Source: Candidatus Zixiibacteriota bacterium
GTDB taxonomy: Bacteria > Zixibacteria > MSB-5A5 > GN15 > FEB-12
Length of the DNA: 64,000 bases
Assembly: GCA_020346225.1 (NCBI GenBank)
Contig: CP070777.1
Span: 1,077,005-1,141,004, forward strand
Direction of reading: 5' to 3'
The translations under genes were made by a program, and so were the position numbers. The notes below the pieces were generated by a model, which was given only the letters and a program-made list of their open reading frames with translations, made no database searches and was not told the origin of the DNA. This document shows, piece after piece, positions 39,127 through 48,214 of this stretch (its first letter is position 1; every line of letters begins with the position of its first letter).

Positions 39127-41697
39127 ATGCAACACACTCAGTGTGTGATTCACTCGAATCGCAAGAGATGTGCCGTTCGGGACATCTCGCTCATCCTGAC
39201 TCTGGCGGCCGCCCTCCTTTTGGCCGCGACGGCAAGTGTCGGGGCGACCAGCATCAAAGGCAGGGTGGTCGATGCCGACGGTCAGCCCCTGGTCGGGGTT
39301 TCTGTTGTCACCAACCTTACCGGTTACGGGGTCATGAGCGATGAAGACGGCCGGTTCGAGCTTGTTCGAAGGGACGATATCACCCGGCTGACATTTTCGT
39401 CGGTGGGATACGAATCGCGGCAGTTCCGGGTTGATGACGTGCCGGAAACAATCGCGCTCAGGACCATTTATTACCGGGGCGCCGACATTCTGGTGACGGC
39501 CGACCGGGCCGAAGGGGGTATCACCCCCATAGCTTTTGACGACTTCTCCGCTGACGAGATCAGCCGCGACTACACCGTGGGCGAGTTCCCTCTCTTGCTG
39601 AGTTCCACCCCCAACCTCTACTCGTATTCCGATGCCGGTTCGGCGCTCGGTTACAGTTACACCCGGATACGGGGATTCGATGACAAACGTATTGTCACCT
39701 ACATCAACGGCGTGCCGCTGAACGACCCGGAAGACCAGGCCACCTACTTCGTCGACCTTCCGGACTTTGCGGCCAACGTGTCCGATATCCAGGTGCAGCG
39801 CGGAGTGGGTAATTCCCTTTACGGCGACGCTTCCTTTGGCGGCTCCATCAACATCTGCACCCGTACTCTCAACCGCGAACGCAAGACGGTCCTGACGTCC
39901 GGTTACGGCGAGTACACGTCGAACGGCAGCCGGGTAAGCGACATCTACAAGCAGAGTGTCGAGTATTCCAGCGGTCTGATCGACGGCCGGTGGCTTTTCA
40001 CGGGGCGGTTTTCCCGCCAGAAAACGGGCGGCTACCGGTACAATAGCTGGTATGAGGGCTGGTCGTACTACTTTTCGCTGGCCCGTCTCGACCCGCGTAT
40101 GACCACCGAGTTTCACATCTACGGCGGTCCGATGCGGATGCACCTGGCCTACTACGGAGTGACCAGGGATGCTATCGAGGCCGACCGCCGCGCCAACCCT
40201 CTGGCGTACAACAACGAGACCGATAATTTCAACCAGCCGCACTATCAACTTCATAATGTGTACCGTGTCAATGACCGAACGACCCTCTACAACACGCTGT
40301 ATTATATTCGCGGGAAAGGCTACTACGAGCAGTTCAAGGACGACCGGGATTATTTCGAGTATAATATCTCCCCGACCCTGACAAATATAGATCCGTCCAC
40401 CGCCGAGCCGTATGAAAGCGGCGACGTGGTCCGCCAGCAGTGGGTCGAGAAGAACCAGACCGGATGGAATCCGCGGGTCGATATCGCGCACGAAAAAGGT
40501 CAACACTCGCTGGGCGGTTCGTTCTACTACTTTGATTCCGACCACTGGGGCCAGGTGGTCTGGGCGGAGCACATCGACGGCCCGCTGGACCCGCGTCACC
40601 GCTATTACCAGTACTACGGCAAGAAATACGTAGCCTCGGTATACGGCCAGGAATACTACCACCTCACTGACCGCCTCAGCGCCCAGCTGACGGCGCAACT
40701 GCGCTACCAGAAGTATGATTTCGACCAGGAGCGGATGGGCGCGTTCATGGGCCATCAGTACAATGTAAACTGGCTGTTCTTCTCGCCGCGCATAGGTTTC
40801 AACTACCATCCCGGCGACCGGATGAGCCTGTATGCCAATTTCGCGGTATCGTCGCGCACGCCCACCGATGCCGCTATTTACGACGCCAACGACCCCTACA
40901 TCCTGCCGTCGCTCGAGATTGAATCCGTCATTCGCGACGGCGGCGGCGACGTGACTGAATACGTTTTCGGTGACCCCACGGCCGAAAGCGAGCACGTCTA
41001 CAACATCGAGCTGGGCGGCCAGTACCGGACACCGCGTTACAGCGCCGGCGTGAATCTCTTCTGGATGGATTTCCGCGACGAGATTATTCCGTACGGCGGG
41101 CTGAGCGAGAATATCAACCAGCTTATTACCACCAACGCCGACCGCACGGTTCACACCGGTATCGAGCTGACCGGCTCGTACAAGCCTGTCGATCAGCTCA
41201 CCTTAAGCGGCAACCTTGCTTATAATTACAATCGTGTCCGCGACTATGTCGGCGAGATTGACGTCTACCTGCCCGACTGGAGCGCCTATCGTCTGGACGT
41301 TGATTACAAAGACAAGACGATTCCCGGTTTCCCCGATATCCTGGGCAATCTGGTCGCCGACTATGCGGCCGATTCCTGGCGGGTCACCGGCCGGTTGCGT
41401 GTGGTCGGCCAGCAGTACATGGAGCTGTTCAATATCGACTCGCTGGCCATCGACCCGCACGTAGTGTCGTCGATATCGGCCTCTTACCGGGTGCAGGATT
41501 TTCTCGGCACGGGTGACCTGACTTTCCAGGGGCGCGTCGATAATCTCTTTAACCATAAGTATGAGACATCGGGCTACGGCTGGGCCTACGGTCTGGCCGA
41601 TGGCGTCGGTGAACCCGTGACGCTGATACACGAGGCCGAGTATTTTGTGGCTGCGGAACGTTCCTATTACGGACAGGTGGTGCTGGAGCTATTTTAA
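39127..41697 (+). CDS. TonB-dependent outer-membrane receptor (riboswitch-controlled; putative thiamine/precursor receptor)
   Basis: 856 aa. Signal peptide, CarboxypepD_reg-like IKGRVVDADGQPLVGVSVV, plug (DILVTADRAEG...; IQVQRGVGNSLYGDASFGGSINI), a barrel and a terminal Phe. Confidence 0.85.
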   Translation: MQHTQCVIHSNRKRCAVRDISLILTLAAALLLAATASVGATSIKGRVVDADGQPLVGVSVVTNLTGYGVMSDEDGRFELVRRDDITRLTFSSVGYESRQFRVDDVPETIALRTIYYRGADILVTADRAEGGITPIAFDDFSADEISRDYTVGEFPLLLSSTPNLYSYSDAGSALGYSYTRIRGFDDKRIVTYINGVPLNDPEDQATYFVDLPDFAANVSDIQVQRGVGNSLYGDASFGGSINICTRTLNRERKTVLTSGYGEYTSNGSRVSDIYKQSVEYSSGLIDGRWLFTGRFSRQKTGGYRYNSWYEGWSYYFSLARLDPRMTTEFHIYGGPMRMHLAYYGVTRDAIEADRRANPLAYNNETDNFNQPHYQLHNVYRVNDRTTLYNTLYYIRGKGYYEQFKDDRDYFEYNISPTLTNIDPSTAEPYESGDVVRQQWVEKNQTGWNPRVDIAHEKGQHSLGGSFYYFDSDHWGQVVWAEHIDGPLDPRHRYYQYYGKKYVASVYGQEYYHLTDRLSAQLTAQLRYQKYDFDQERMGAFMGHQYNVNWLFFSPRIGFNYHPGDRMSLYANFAVSSRTPTDAAIYDANDPYILPSLEIESVIRDGGGDVTEYVFGDPTAESEHVYNIELGGQYRTPRYSAGVNLFWMDFRDEIIPYGGLSENINQLITTNADRTVHTGIELTGSYKPVDQLTLSGNLAYNYNRVRDYVGEIDVYLPDWSAYRLDVDYKDKTIPGFPDILGNLVADYAADSWRVTGRLRVVGQQYMELFNIDSLAIDPHVVSSISASYRVQDFLGTGDLTFQGRVDNLFNHKYETSGYGWAYGLADGVGEPVTLIHEAEYFVAAERSYYGQVVLELF

Positions 41698-41703
41698 GAC
41701 GGC

Positions 41704-43104
41704 ATGCATCTTGTTGATTACCTGATTATCGCCGTTTATCTGGGGGTACTGCTCACCCTCGGATTCATCGGCCGCCTGAAGAAAGACAGTTCGGCCGGCC
41801 AGCTCATTCTGGGCGGCCGGATGCTCACCCTGCCCGCCTTCGTGGCCAGCCTGGTCTCGACCTGGTACGGAGGCATTCTGGGCGTGGGGGAATACAGCTA
41901 CCGGTTCGGTCTTTCCAACTGGCTCGTTTTCGGCGTCCCGTATTACTTGGCCGCTTTTTTGTTCGCCCTCTTTCTCGCCGAGCGGGCGCGCCGATCGGAA
42001 GTCCTCACCATTCCCGACCGGCTGGCCCAGGCCTATGACCGCAAGACCGCCGTCGCCGGTTCCGTGATAGTCTACCTCATGACGGTACCGGCGGCGTACG
42101 TGTTGATGGTCGGTATTCTCTGCGAGTATCTGTTCGGCTGGCCGTTCTGGACGGGGGTCATCGGCGGCACGGTGTTTTCGGTCGTGTATGTCTACTTCGG
42201 CGGTTTCAATTCGGTGGTGCGCACGGACCTGTTTCAGTTCGGTTTGATGTTTGTCGGCTTTACGGTGCTCCTGGTTTATCTGGTGAGCACCTTTGGAGGA
42301 ATCGATTTTCTCAAAGCCAGCGCACCGGCCTCGCACTTTACCTGGCACGGCGGCAACTCGGGATGGTACGTGGCCATATGGTACTTCATCGCTCTGGCCA
42401 CTCTGATAGAGCCGGCCTTTTACCAGCGCTGCTATGCCGCCAGGGACGCCCGCGTAGCCCGGCGCGGGATTCTGTTGTCGATTCTGTGCTGGGCCTTTTT
42501 CGATTTTCTGACGACGACCTGCGGCGTCTACGCACGGGCGGTACTGCCCGAGCTGGCCAATCCCGTCGGTTCCTATCCTGCGCTGGCCGGTCTGGTGCTG
42601 CCGGCCGGTCTGCTGGGATTGTTCGCGCTGGCGCTGCTGGCCACGGTCATGTCGACAATTGATTCGTACTCCTTTTTGGCGGCGTCCACTTTCAGCCGTG
42701 ACATCGTTATGCGGCTGTACCGGATCAATGAACGTAAGACCACGTTCTATACCCGTCTCGGTCTGGTTGTGACGGTCGTGCTGGCTGTGGTCATGGTCCT
42801 GTTCTTCAAGTCGGTTGTCGATATCTGGCACGTGTTCGGCTCGATCGGTACGCCGGCCCTGCTGGTGCCGGTGTTCTTTTCTTTCGTGGGCAGGCGCCGC
42901 CTGCCGCCGGCCTGGGCGCTGACGTCAATCGTTGCGGCTGGAGGCCTGTCCCTTGTCTGGTATTGCTCGCAATATTTCACGGCCGATGGTCGTTACTGGT
43001 ACGGCGTGGAACCGATATTTCCCGGACTTTTGGTTTCAGCGGGAATGTTCCTGCTGTTTTCGCGGGCGGCGGGCAATATCACGGTTGCCAACCGCGAATT
43101 ATGA
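41704..43104 (+). CDS. sodium:solute symporter (SSS) family transporter
   Basis: 466 aa with about 12-13 TM segments. N-terminal SSS pattern YLGVLLTLGFIGRLKK...LGGRMLTLPAFVASLVSTWYGG. It starts 6 nt after the receptor stop. Confidence 0.85.
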   Translation: MHLVDYLIIAVYLGVLLTLGFIGRLKKDSSAGQLILGGRMLTLPAFVASLVSTWYGGILGVGEYSYRFGLSNWLVFGVPYYLAAFLFALFLAERARRSEVLTIPDRLAQAYDRKTAVAGSVIVYLMTVPAAYVLMVGILCEYLFGWPFWTGVIGGTVFSVVYVYFGGFNSVVRTDLFQFGLMFVGFTVLLVYLVSTFGGIDFLKASAPASHFTWHGGNSGWYVAIWYFIALATLIEPAFYQRCYAARDARVARRGILLSILCWAFFDFLTTTCGVYARAVLPELANPVGSYPALAGLVLPAGLLGLFALALLATVMSTIDSYSFLAASTFSRDIVMRLYRINERKTTFYTRLGLVVTVVLAVVMVLFFKSVVDIWHVFGSIGTPALLVPVFFSFVGRRRLPPAWALTSIVAAGGLSLVWYCSQYFTADGRYWYGVEPIFPGLLVSAGMFLLFSRAAGNITVANREL

Positions 43105-43122
43105 GTTATATTCGTCCCTGAC

Positions 43123-43599
43123 ATGAGCGAACCGATTTACATGTCCAAAGAAGGGATTCTCAAGCTGGAAGCCGAACTCAAGAGGCTCAAGTTCGAGGAG
43201 CGCCCCAAACTGGTTGCCGAGATAAAACGCGCCCGGGAAATGGGCGACCTGTCTGAAAACGCCGAGTATCATGCCGCCAAGGAGGCCCAGGTCCATCTCG
43301 AACGGCGCATCGCCGAACTTCACGAGAAACTAACTCGCGCCCGTGCTATCGACACCGACAAAATTGCCGATGACAAAGCCTATTTGTTCGCGCGGGTGCT
43401 GGTGAGAGACCGTGACCGCGGCAGCGAGATAGAGTACACTCTGGCCCCTCCGGAGGAAGCGGACGTTGATAATGATGTTATCTCGGTGAAATCACCGATC
43501 GGTGCGGCCCTGCTGGGCAAGTCGGAGGGGGACGTGGTTGAAATAAAGGTCCCGGCCGGTATCCTGACCTATGAGATTATTCGTATCTCACGCGAGTGA
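43123..43599 (+). CDS. greA: transcription elongation factor GreA
   Basis: LKLEAELKRLK...RPKLVAEIKRAREMGDLSENAEYHAAKE and C-terminal ISVKSPIGAALLGK. Confidence 0.92.
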   Translation: MSEPIYMSKEGILKLEAELKRLKFEERPKLVAEIKRAREMGDLSENAEYHAAKEAQVHLERRIAELHEKLTRARAIDTDKIADDKAYLFARVLVRDRDRGSEIEYTLAPPEEADVDNDVISVKSPIGAALLGKSEGDVVEIKVPAGILTYEIIRISRE

Positions 43600-43630
43600 A
43601 GCGACGCGGTGGCGACGGCCCGTGTAGCGG

Positions 43631-43807
43631 TTACTCGTCGTATTCTTCGAAGAAATCGTCGACTGAATCTTCTTCTTCAATAAAGCCGTTTTCCTCTTCC
43701 GGATCCAGCCCGGCGGCAATATTGGCACACTCTTCGCTGCAAAAATGCTCACCCGCAAGTTTCACGGCTGTGCCCATGATCTTCTCGCTGCAGTGTGCAC
43801 AGAACAT
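43631..43807 (-). CDS. small zinc-ribbon (FCS/TRASH-like) protein with acidic tail, 58 aa (not in supplied ORF track)
   Basis: My translation: MFCAHCSEKIMGTAVKLAGEHFCSEECANIAAGLDPEEENGFIEEEDSVDDFFEEYDE*. The motif is CxxC-x15-CxxxC. A GGAGGT Shine-Dalgarno lies 5 nt upstream of the ATG. Confidence 0.6.
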   Translation of the reverse strand: MFCAHCSEKIMGTAVKLAGEHFCSEECANIAAGLDPEEENGFIEEEDSVDDFFEEYDE

Positions 43808-43882
43808 TCGTTACCTCCGCAATTTCGGTCTTCCGATACGGCCGAACATCGTTGCTCAAGTCCTTAGGGTCAGGCGGAGATT

Positions 43883-43911
43883 ATCTTATCATCCGCCCCA
43901 GGCACTGTCAA
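43883..43911 (-). promoter_or_regulatory. candidate promoter for the small zinc-ribbon ORF
   Basis: On the minus strand: TTGACA (43911-43906), a 17-nt spacer, then TAAGAT (43888-43883). Confidence 0.4.
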
Positions 43912-43980
43912 GATTTTTTACTCGTTTTTCGTCGCAGATCGGGATGGGAGGAAGTCGGCCGGTCAGGGCAGGAGCGCCGG

Positions 43981-44703
43981 TCACTCGCCCTCTTCTATGA
44001 GGGTCATTATGTCGCCTACGGTAATCGGTTCCACGGCGTAGAAACCCTGGCCGTACTTGCAGCGGGACTGGATGCCGAAAGACCGGGCCATGGCGGTAAT
44101 GCTCTCGATGTAGTCCCGTGTCTTCTCCGGATTGAGAAACTGCGACCGGTGAGCCGACAGGGCCTCGATCCACCGGTCGAAGTGAGGGGTTATGTCGATC
44201 ACGAAATTCGGCGTCACCCCCGGCGGCAGAAAATAGTGGAATATCCGCGTGACCAGATGCGGTTCACCGAGGAGATCCACCTTTTTGAGCGAGGCCAGAT
44301 GGGCGGCGTTGATGCTGATCGTCCCGGCGGCGACGTGATCGGGGTGCGATTGCCGGCGGCCATGGCCCACATGCGGATACGGTGCCAGGATTATCTTGGG
44401 TCGGCAGCGGCGAATCACTTCAGCCAGCTCGAAACGCCGGTCATAGTTGTCTTCCAGCCTGGTGTCACCCCAGTCGAAGGTCTTGACGATATCGGCGCCG
44501 AGGATGGCGGCCGCCTCTTTGACCTCCTGGGCGCGTATCTCCGCCGAGCCGCCGGTACCCATCTCACCCTCGGTCAGAATGACCACGCCGCACCTTCGGC
44601 CGCGCTTGCTAAGGTCGATGAGAACGCCCCCGCTGCCCACCTCGACATCATCCGGATGAGCGCCGATCGAAAGCAGGTCGTAAGTTAAGTCTCTTTTACC
44701 CAT
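43981..44703 (-). CDS. PIG-L/LmbE family deacetylase
   Basis: LLSIGAHPDDVEVGSGG and HPDH motifs, 240 aa. Resembles BshB/LmbE-type N-acetylglucosaminyl deacetylases. Confidence 0.8.
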   Translation of the reverse strand: MGKRDLTYDLLSIGAHPDDVEVGSGGVLIDLSKRGRRCGVVILTEGEMGTGGSAEIRAQEVKEAAAILGADIVKTFDWGDTRLEDNYDRRFELAEVIRRCRPKIILAPYPHVGHGRRQSHPDHVAAGTISINAAHLASLKKVDLLGEPHLVTRIFHYFLPPGVTPNFVIDITPHFDRWIEALSAHRSQFLNPEKTRDYIESITAMARSFGIQSRCKYGQGFYAVEPITVGDIMTLIEEGE

Positions 44704-44761
44704 AATCTTAAAAAAACCCGGAGGCGAAACTCCTCCGGGTTGGCGTTTCTTTTTTCGTCGT

Positions 44762-46066
44762 CTATTCGCCGAAGCTCTCGGAATGGAATATGAGCATCTC
44801 GCGCATCAGGTCATAGACATACCGGTCAAACGTTGCCGGGCTTCCATCATAACCCGAATACTCCAGGGTGTTGACGGCGTAGCCGGCGCCCGTCAGCGTC
44901 GATATGAAAGAAGTTGTCTGCTCGTGATACCCGAAATGGGCTTCGGCGGAAGTGGCTATCCATATGTCGACGCCGTCCAGAGTGGAGTTGGGCAGAATGT
45001 TCTCCAGATTGTTGGGGAGCCACAGGTCCTCCCAGATGGGAGCATAGGCATTGCCGCTGACGTCGAACGGCAAATGGAAATCGAAGTTGTTCTCGTCGGC
45101 CTTGATAACGTCCTCAACCAGCGTCGTGGAGTCGGTTATCACGTACCGGGTCATCGAGTTGATGGTCGCCGGGCGATCCATATATCGCTGGGCCAGGAGG
45201 GTCACCATGGTGTCGTGTGGCGAGAAAGCGAGCGAGCCGCCGATGAACAGCTGTGTCAGCGGCAGGGCCGAAGAGCTGTCAAAAGCGCTCAGATCGCCGC
45301 CCAGCGCCTGCTCGGCGATGACATCATCAAACAGAGTCTCAAAGCCAGCGTTACCGTCGGCGCCGTCAAAATCAAGGGGGCTGTCAACGGCCGAAACCGA
45401 GGTGAACACGCCGGGGTGAAGCATAACGGTCCGGAAAGCGCCGTACGCGCCCATGCCCAGTCCACCGATGCCCCACTTGCTCGGATCGTCGATCACGAAC
45501 GTCAGAGCTCTTCTTATGTAATCGGGGAGAGAATACCCCAGCAGTAGATCATAGTCCCCCGAGCCGGGGTTGTGCAAAGTCCCCGCAATCGTCATGGTGT
45601 CCGGCAGGTTGGGGAAGTAGGTATAAGACGAGTCGCCGCCCGGGCTGCAGCCAGCGTAGAAGTATCCGCCGAATACCAGGTCGTTGCTTATCGTCAGTAT
45701 GGCCATCGGCTGAATCTCCCCCTTGGCAATTAACTCGTCGGCCAACTCCATCAGGCCGTGATCGAAATAGAAATGCTCGTCGTAGCCCTGAGGGGGCAGT
45801 AGGATGAGCAGCGGCACCGGTTTGCCGCGGCCGCCGTAGATCGGGGCATAGGCAACCCGGGGCAGATAACCCTTGGTCCCCAGAACCTGAAAAGGGTTCC
45901 TGATCTGCAGGAAAAGCTCATCGAAATAGATGTGGGGAGAAACAAGCATCCCGCCTTCCTCAACCTCCTGGATGTAACCGGAATTGGTGCCGCGATCCGA
46001 GCAGCCAATACTCAGGGAGAGAGCCAGGGTCAAAGCCAGGGCAAATATCTTAAGAAATGATCTCAT
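44762..46066 (-). CDS. lipoprotein with esterase (PF00756-like) alpha/beta-hydrolase fold, nucleophile Ser apparently absent
   Basis: Lipobox-like LSLSIGC. LLILLPPQG..., then GIGGLGMGAYGAF where esterase-family proteins carry G-x-S-M-G-G. It starts 11 nt after the FadL-like stop. Confidence 0.55.
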   Translation of the reverse strand: MRSFLKIFALALTLALSLSIGCSDRGTNSGYIQEVEEGGMLVSPHIYFDELFLQIRNPFQVLGTKGYLPRVAYAPIYGGRGKPVPLLILLPPQGYDEHFYFDHGLMELADELIAKGEIQPMAILTISNDLVFGGYFYAGCSPGGDSSYTYFPNLPDTMTIAGTLHNPGSGDYDLLLGYSLPDYIRRALTFVIDDPSKWGIGGLGMGAYGAFRTVMLHPGVFTSVSAVDSPLDFDGADGNAGFETLFDDVIAEQALGGDLSAFDSSSALPLTQLFIGGSLAFSPHDTMVTLLAQRYMDRPATINSMTRYVITDSTTLVEDVIKADENNFDFHLPFDVSGNAYAPIWEDLWLPNNLENILPNSTLDGVDIWIATSAEAHFGYHEQTTSFISTLTGAGYAVNTLEYSGYDGSPATFDRYVYDLMREMLIFHSESFGE

Positions 46067-46077
46067 CGCTGACCTCC

Positions 46078-47604
46078 TTAAAACCGGTACTGAAAGGAAA
46101 GGACGGTTTCATAAGTGGCGGCCGAATAGACTCCGGCGAAGCTGTCAAACAGGCCGTCCTCGTTGGAGTCAACCAGGTCGGGCACGGTCTGATCAGGATA
46201 GTCCGTGTAGCTCCCGGCCAGACCGAAATCCCACTGTCCATGGTGGAAAAGCACGCCGCCGTTGATGGAATATTTGGTCCCGGTGTCAACGAACTGAGGC
46301 GTGATTTCGGTCGCCTCGCGGGCCGGAGACTGGTCGACCGCGCCGCCTCCCAGAAGAGTTAGACGGTCGTTGAATTTGTAGCGAATGCCCATCATGACCT
46401 TCCCGGCATCCTGCCATTCCACCGGGTAGGCATGGTGGGAGAGGACCGTGTCCCCAAAGGGGAGTTCGGCGATGAAGAACTCCTTGGCGATATCGCTGGT
46501 GTCGGCCGCACCCGTCAGGCCACGATGGTTGGTGAAGACAAAATCGAGACCTTCGTATTTGGACCAGAAAGTGTACTCGGCGTCAAAGGCAACCGTCAGC
46601 TTGTCGTTGACCTGGTAGGCGAGGCCGGCTCCCACCGAGAACGGCAACTTCAAATCGCACTCGAAGTCGGCGGTGTCGACTATCTTGCCGCCGGCCGCAA
46701 AGAGATATTCGGTCGTCCCGGGGAGGATCTCCTCGCCGGATTCGCTGCCCGGCACCAGCAGGCTGGTTATCTTCGGCATATAATATTCGAGCCGGCTGGA
46801 ACCGCTGAGGGTTATGTCGAAAGGCAGATTGGCCGTCACACCCAGATTGAGTTTCTCGTTTAGATTGAAAAGCAGGCCGCCCTTAAGTCCGAAACCCCAG
46901 CCGTTACCGTCGTTGGTATTCCACTCGGTTATCAGATCGAAGGGGCGAACGTTGAGGGGTGAATCATCCTCCCACGGGTTGTCGCGAAAGGCAACACTGT
47001 TGAAGATGAGGTCTGCGCGGAGGACCTGAATACCCAGACCGAAGGATACCTTGTCTTCGACGAGTTCGCGGGCCAGCGTGAGCTGGAATGCGACCACGTC
47101 GAAATTGTTGACGAACTGATCCTCGGGCAGGGTCAGGCTGTCATTGTAAGCCAGAGGGAGGTCGTAAAGCTTCCAGGCGATGTTGTAATCGAACGGCTGG
47201 AAGGCCGACAGCCCCATCACCGTCTCCCCATAGATCGGCAAGCGAACCAGAAAACCGCCGGCCGGATTGCTGTAAATCTCATGTTTGTTGACGTTGACCT
47301 GGTCGTTGAATACGCCCGTCTCGTAGATGCCGTCAAGACGATAGCTGGGAATCAGTTCATTCCGCAGGTGCAGGAAAGCCGAATTGGCGCCCAGCTGGTT
47401 GTCATAAATGAAGGCATATCCGGCGGGGTTGTAGTAGGCCGCGGTCCAATCGTCAACTACTGCCCGGAAAGCTCCGCCCATGCCGCGGGCCTGCGTGCCG
47501 ATGCCGGAGTTTTCATATCCACCGGCCATTATCCCAGGACAGAAGAGAGCTATGATTACCAGGATCGTAGCAGCGTGTCTAACAATGGACATTCTGGTCT
47601 CCAT
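46078..47604 (-). CDS. FadL/OmpP1/TodX-family outer-membrane transport protein
   Basis: Signal peptide. N-terminal GIGTQARGMGGAFRAVVDDWTAAYYNPAG. Beta-strand periodicity and C-terminal ...LSFQYRF. Confidence 0.75.
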   Translation of the reverse strand: METRMSIVRHAATILVIIALFCPGIMAGGYENSGIGTQARGMGGAFRAVVDDWTAAYYNPAGYAFIYDNQLGANSAFLHLRNELIPSYRLDGIYETGVFNDQVNVNKHEIYSNPAGGFLVRLPIYGETVMGLSAFQPFDYNIAWKLYDLPLAYNDSLTLPEDQFVNNFDVVAFQLTLARELVEDKVSFGLGIQVLRADLIFNSVAFRDNPWEDDSPLNVRPFDLITEWNTNDGNGWGFGLKGGLLFNLNEKLNLGVTANLPFDITLSGSSRLEYYMPKITSLLVPGSESGEEILPGTTEYLFAAGGKIVDTADFECDLKLPFSVGAGLAYQVNDKLTVAFDAEYTFWSKYEGLDFVFTNHRGLTGAADTSDIAKEFFIAELPFGDTVLSHHAYPVEWQDAGKVMMGIRYKFNDRLTLLGGGAVDQSPAREATEITPQFVDTGTKYSINGGVLFHHGQWDFGLAGSYTDYPDQTVPDLVDSNEDGLFDSFAGVYSAATYETVLSFQYRF

Positions 47605-47848
47605 GTGTTTTTATGCTATGAAAAAGTTATACATCCTCTTTCGCAGTGCCAGAGCTCAATTGTAGAGTCAGGGTGAGGAGTTTCGAAACTGAAATGCAGA
47701 ATCGATGAGTTAAATCCTCCAATGACTTACAATCCGGCAGTCACGGTCTGAAAATAAGCTGTCAAGTTACATCAACCCTCCCGGGTTGTCAAGCTATTAG
47801 CATCTTTTTGGGTTCGGCCATCCTCTTAAGCATTTGGTGGCGAGAACC

Positions 47849-47870
47849 TTACTTGCATCCAAGTAAGGAC
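47849..47870. repeat. perfect 9-bp inverted repeat (hairpin CCTTACTTG-CATC-CAAGTAAGG) in a 610-bp intergenic region
   Basis: Read directly from the sequence. No adjacent T-tract on either strand. Function unknown. Confidence 0.6.
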
Positions 47871-48214
47871 GTCCAACCGCGTAAACTGTTGAGAACTACC
47901 GCCGCCCCGCCCGAAAAAAATTATAATGAAACTAAAATCGCCTGAGACGTTTGGACTTACGACAGTAATCGTGCCGCCGAGCGAGACGCCCCGGTTAGAT
48001 GGGCGGAGGAAAAAATGTTCCTGCCGGCTGGGAACGACTTTCTGATAATCGCATCACGGCGGTCTCATGTAGCAACCACCGTCCCGATTTATCCTTTTGC
48101 CGAACAATCGAATAAGTAGTTCGCGCCGGCGTGGGCATCCGCCTTGCTCAAATGCGGCGTGAAAGCACCTCATGGAAGTTGTGTGCTGAGCATTTTTGCT
48201 ATAGGAAGGTAGAA

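Noticed and set aside
39109-41154. 681-aa ORF antisense to the TonB-dependent receptor. Similar long antisense ORFs occur at 41689-42831, 19314-20459, 52142-53206, 4029-5000, 6944-7672, 33800-34573, 34329-35114, 26777-27625, 22825-24030 and 48878-49861.
   Set aside because: Each lies fully opposite a gene with unmistakable family motifs. Their translations are Arg/Gly/Val/His-rich and low in complexity, as expected for stop-poor antisense frames in GC-rich DNA. None shows a recognisable domain.
47896-47903. GGCGGTAG, the core of the RfaH ops/JUMPstart element, on the minus strand about 290 nt upstream of the FadL-like gene.
   Set aside because: An 8-mer is expected about twice by chance in 64 kb on both strands. 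The following bases (TTCT) do not complete the ops consensus (nnTG). It faces the FadL operon, not the polysaccharide locus.
47926-48045. 39-aa ORF (MKLKSPETFGLTTVIVPPSETPRLDGRRKKCSCRLGTTF) beginning inside a TATAAT hexamer in the long intergenic region.
   Set aside because: It has no ribosome-binding site and no recognisable features, and its composition is typical of random sequence. It is kept only as part of the note on the unexplained 610-bp leader.
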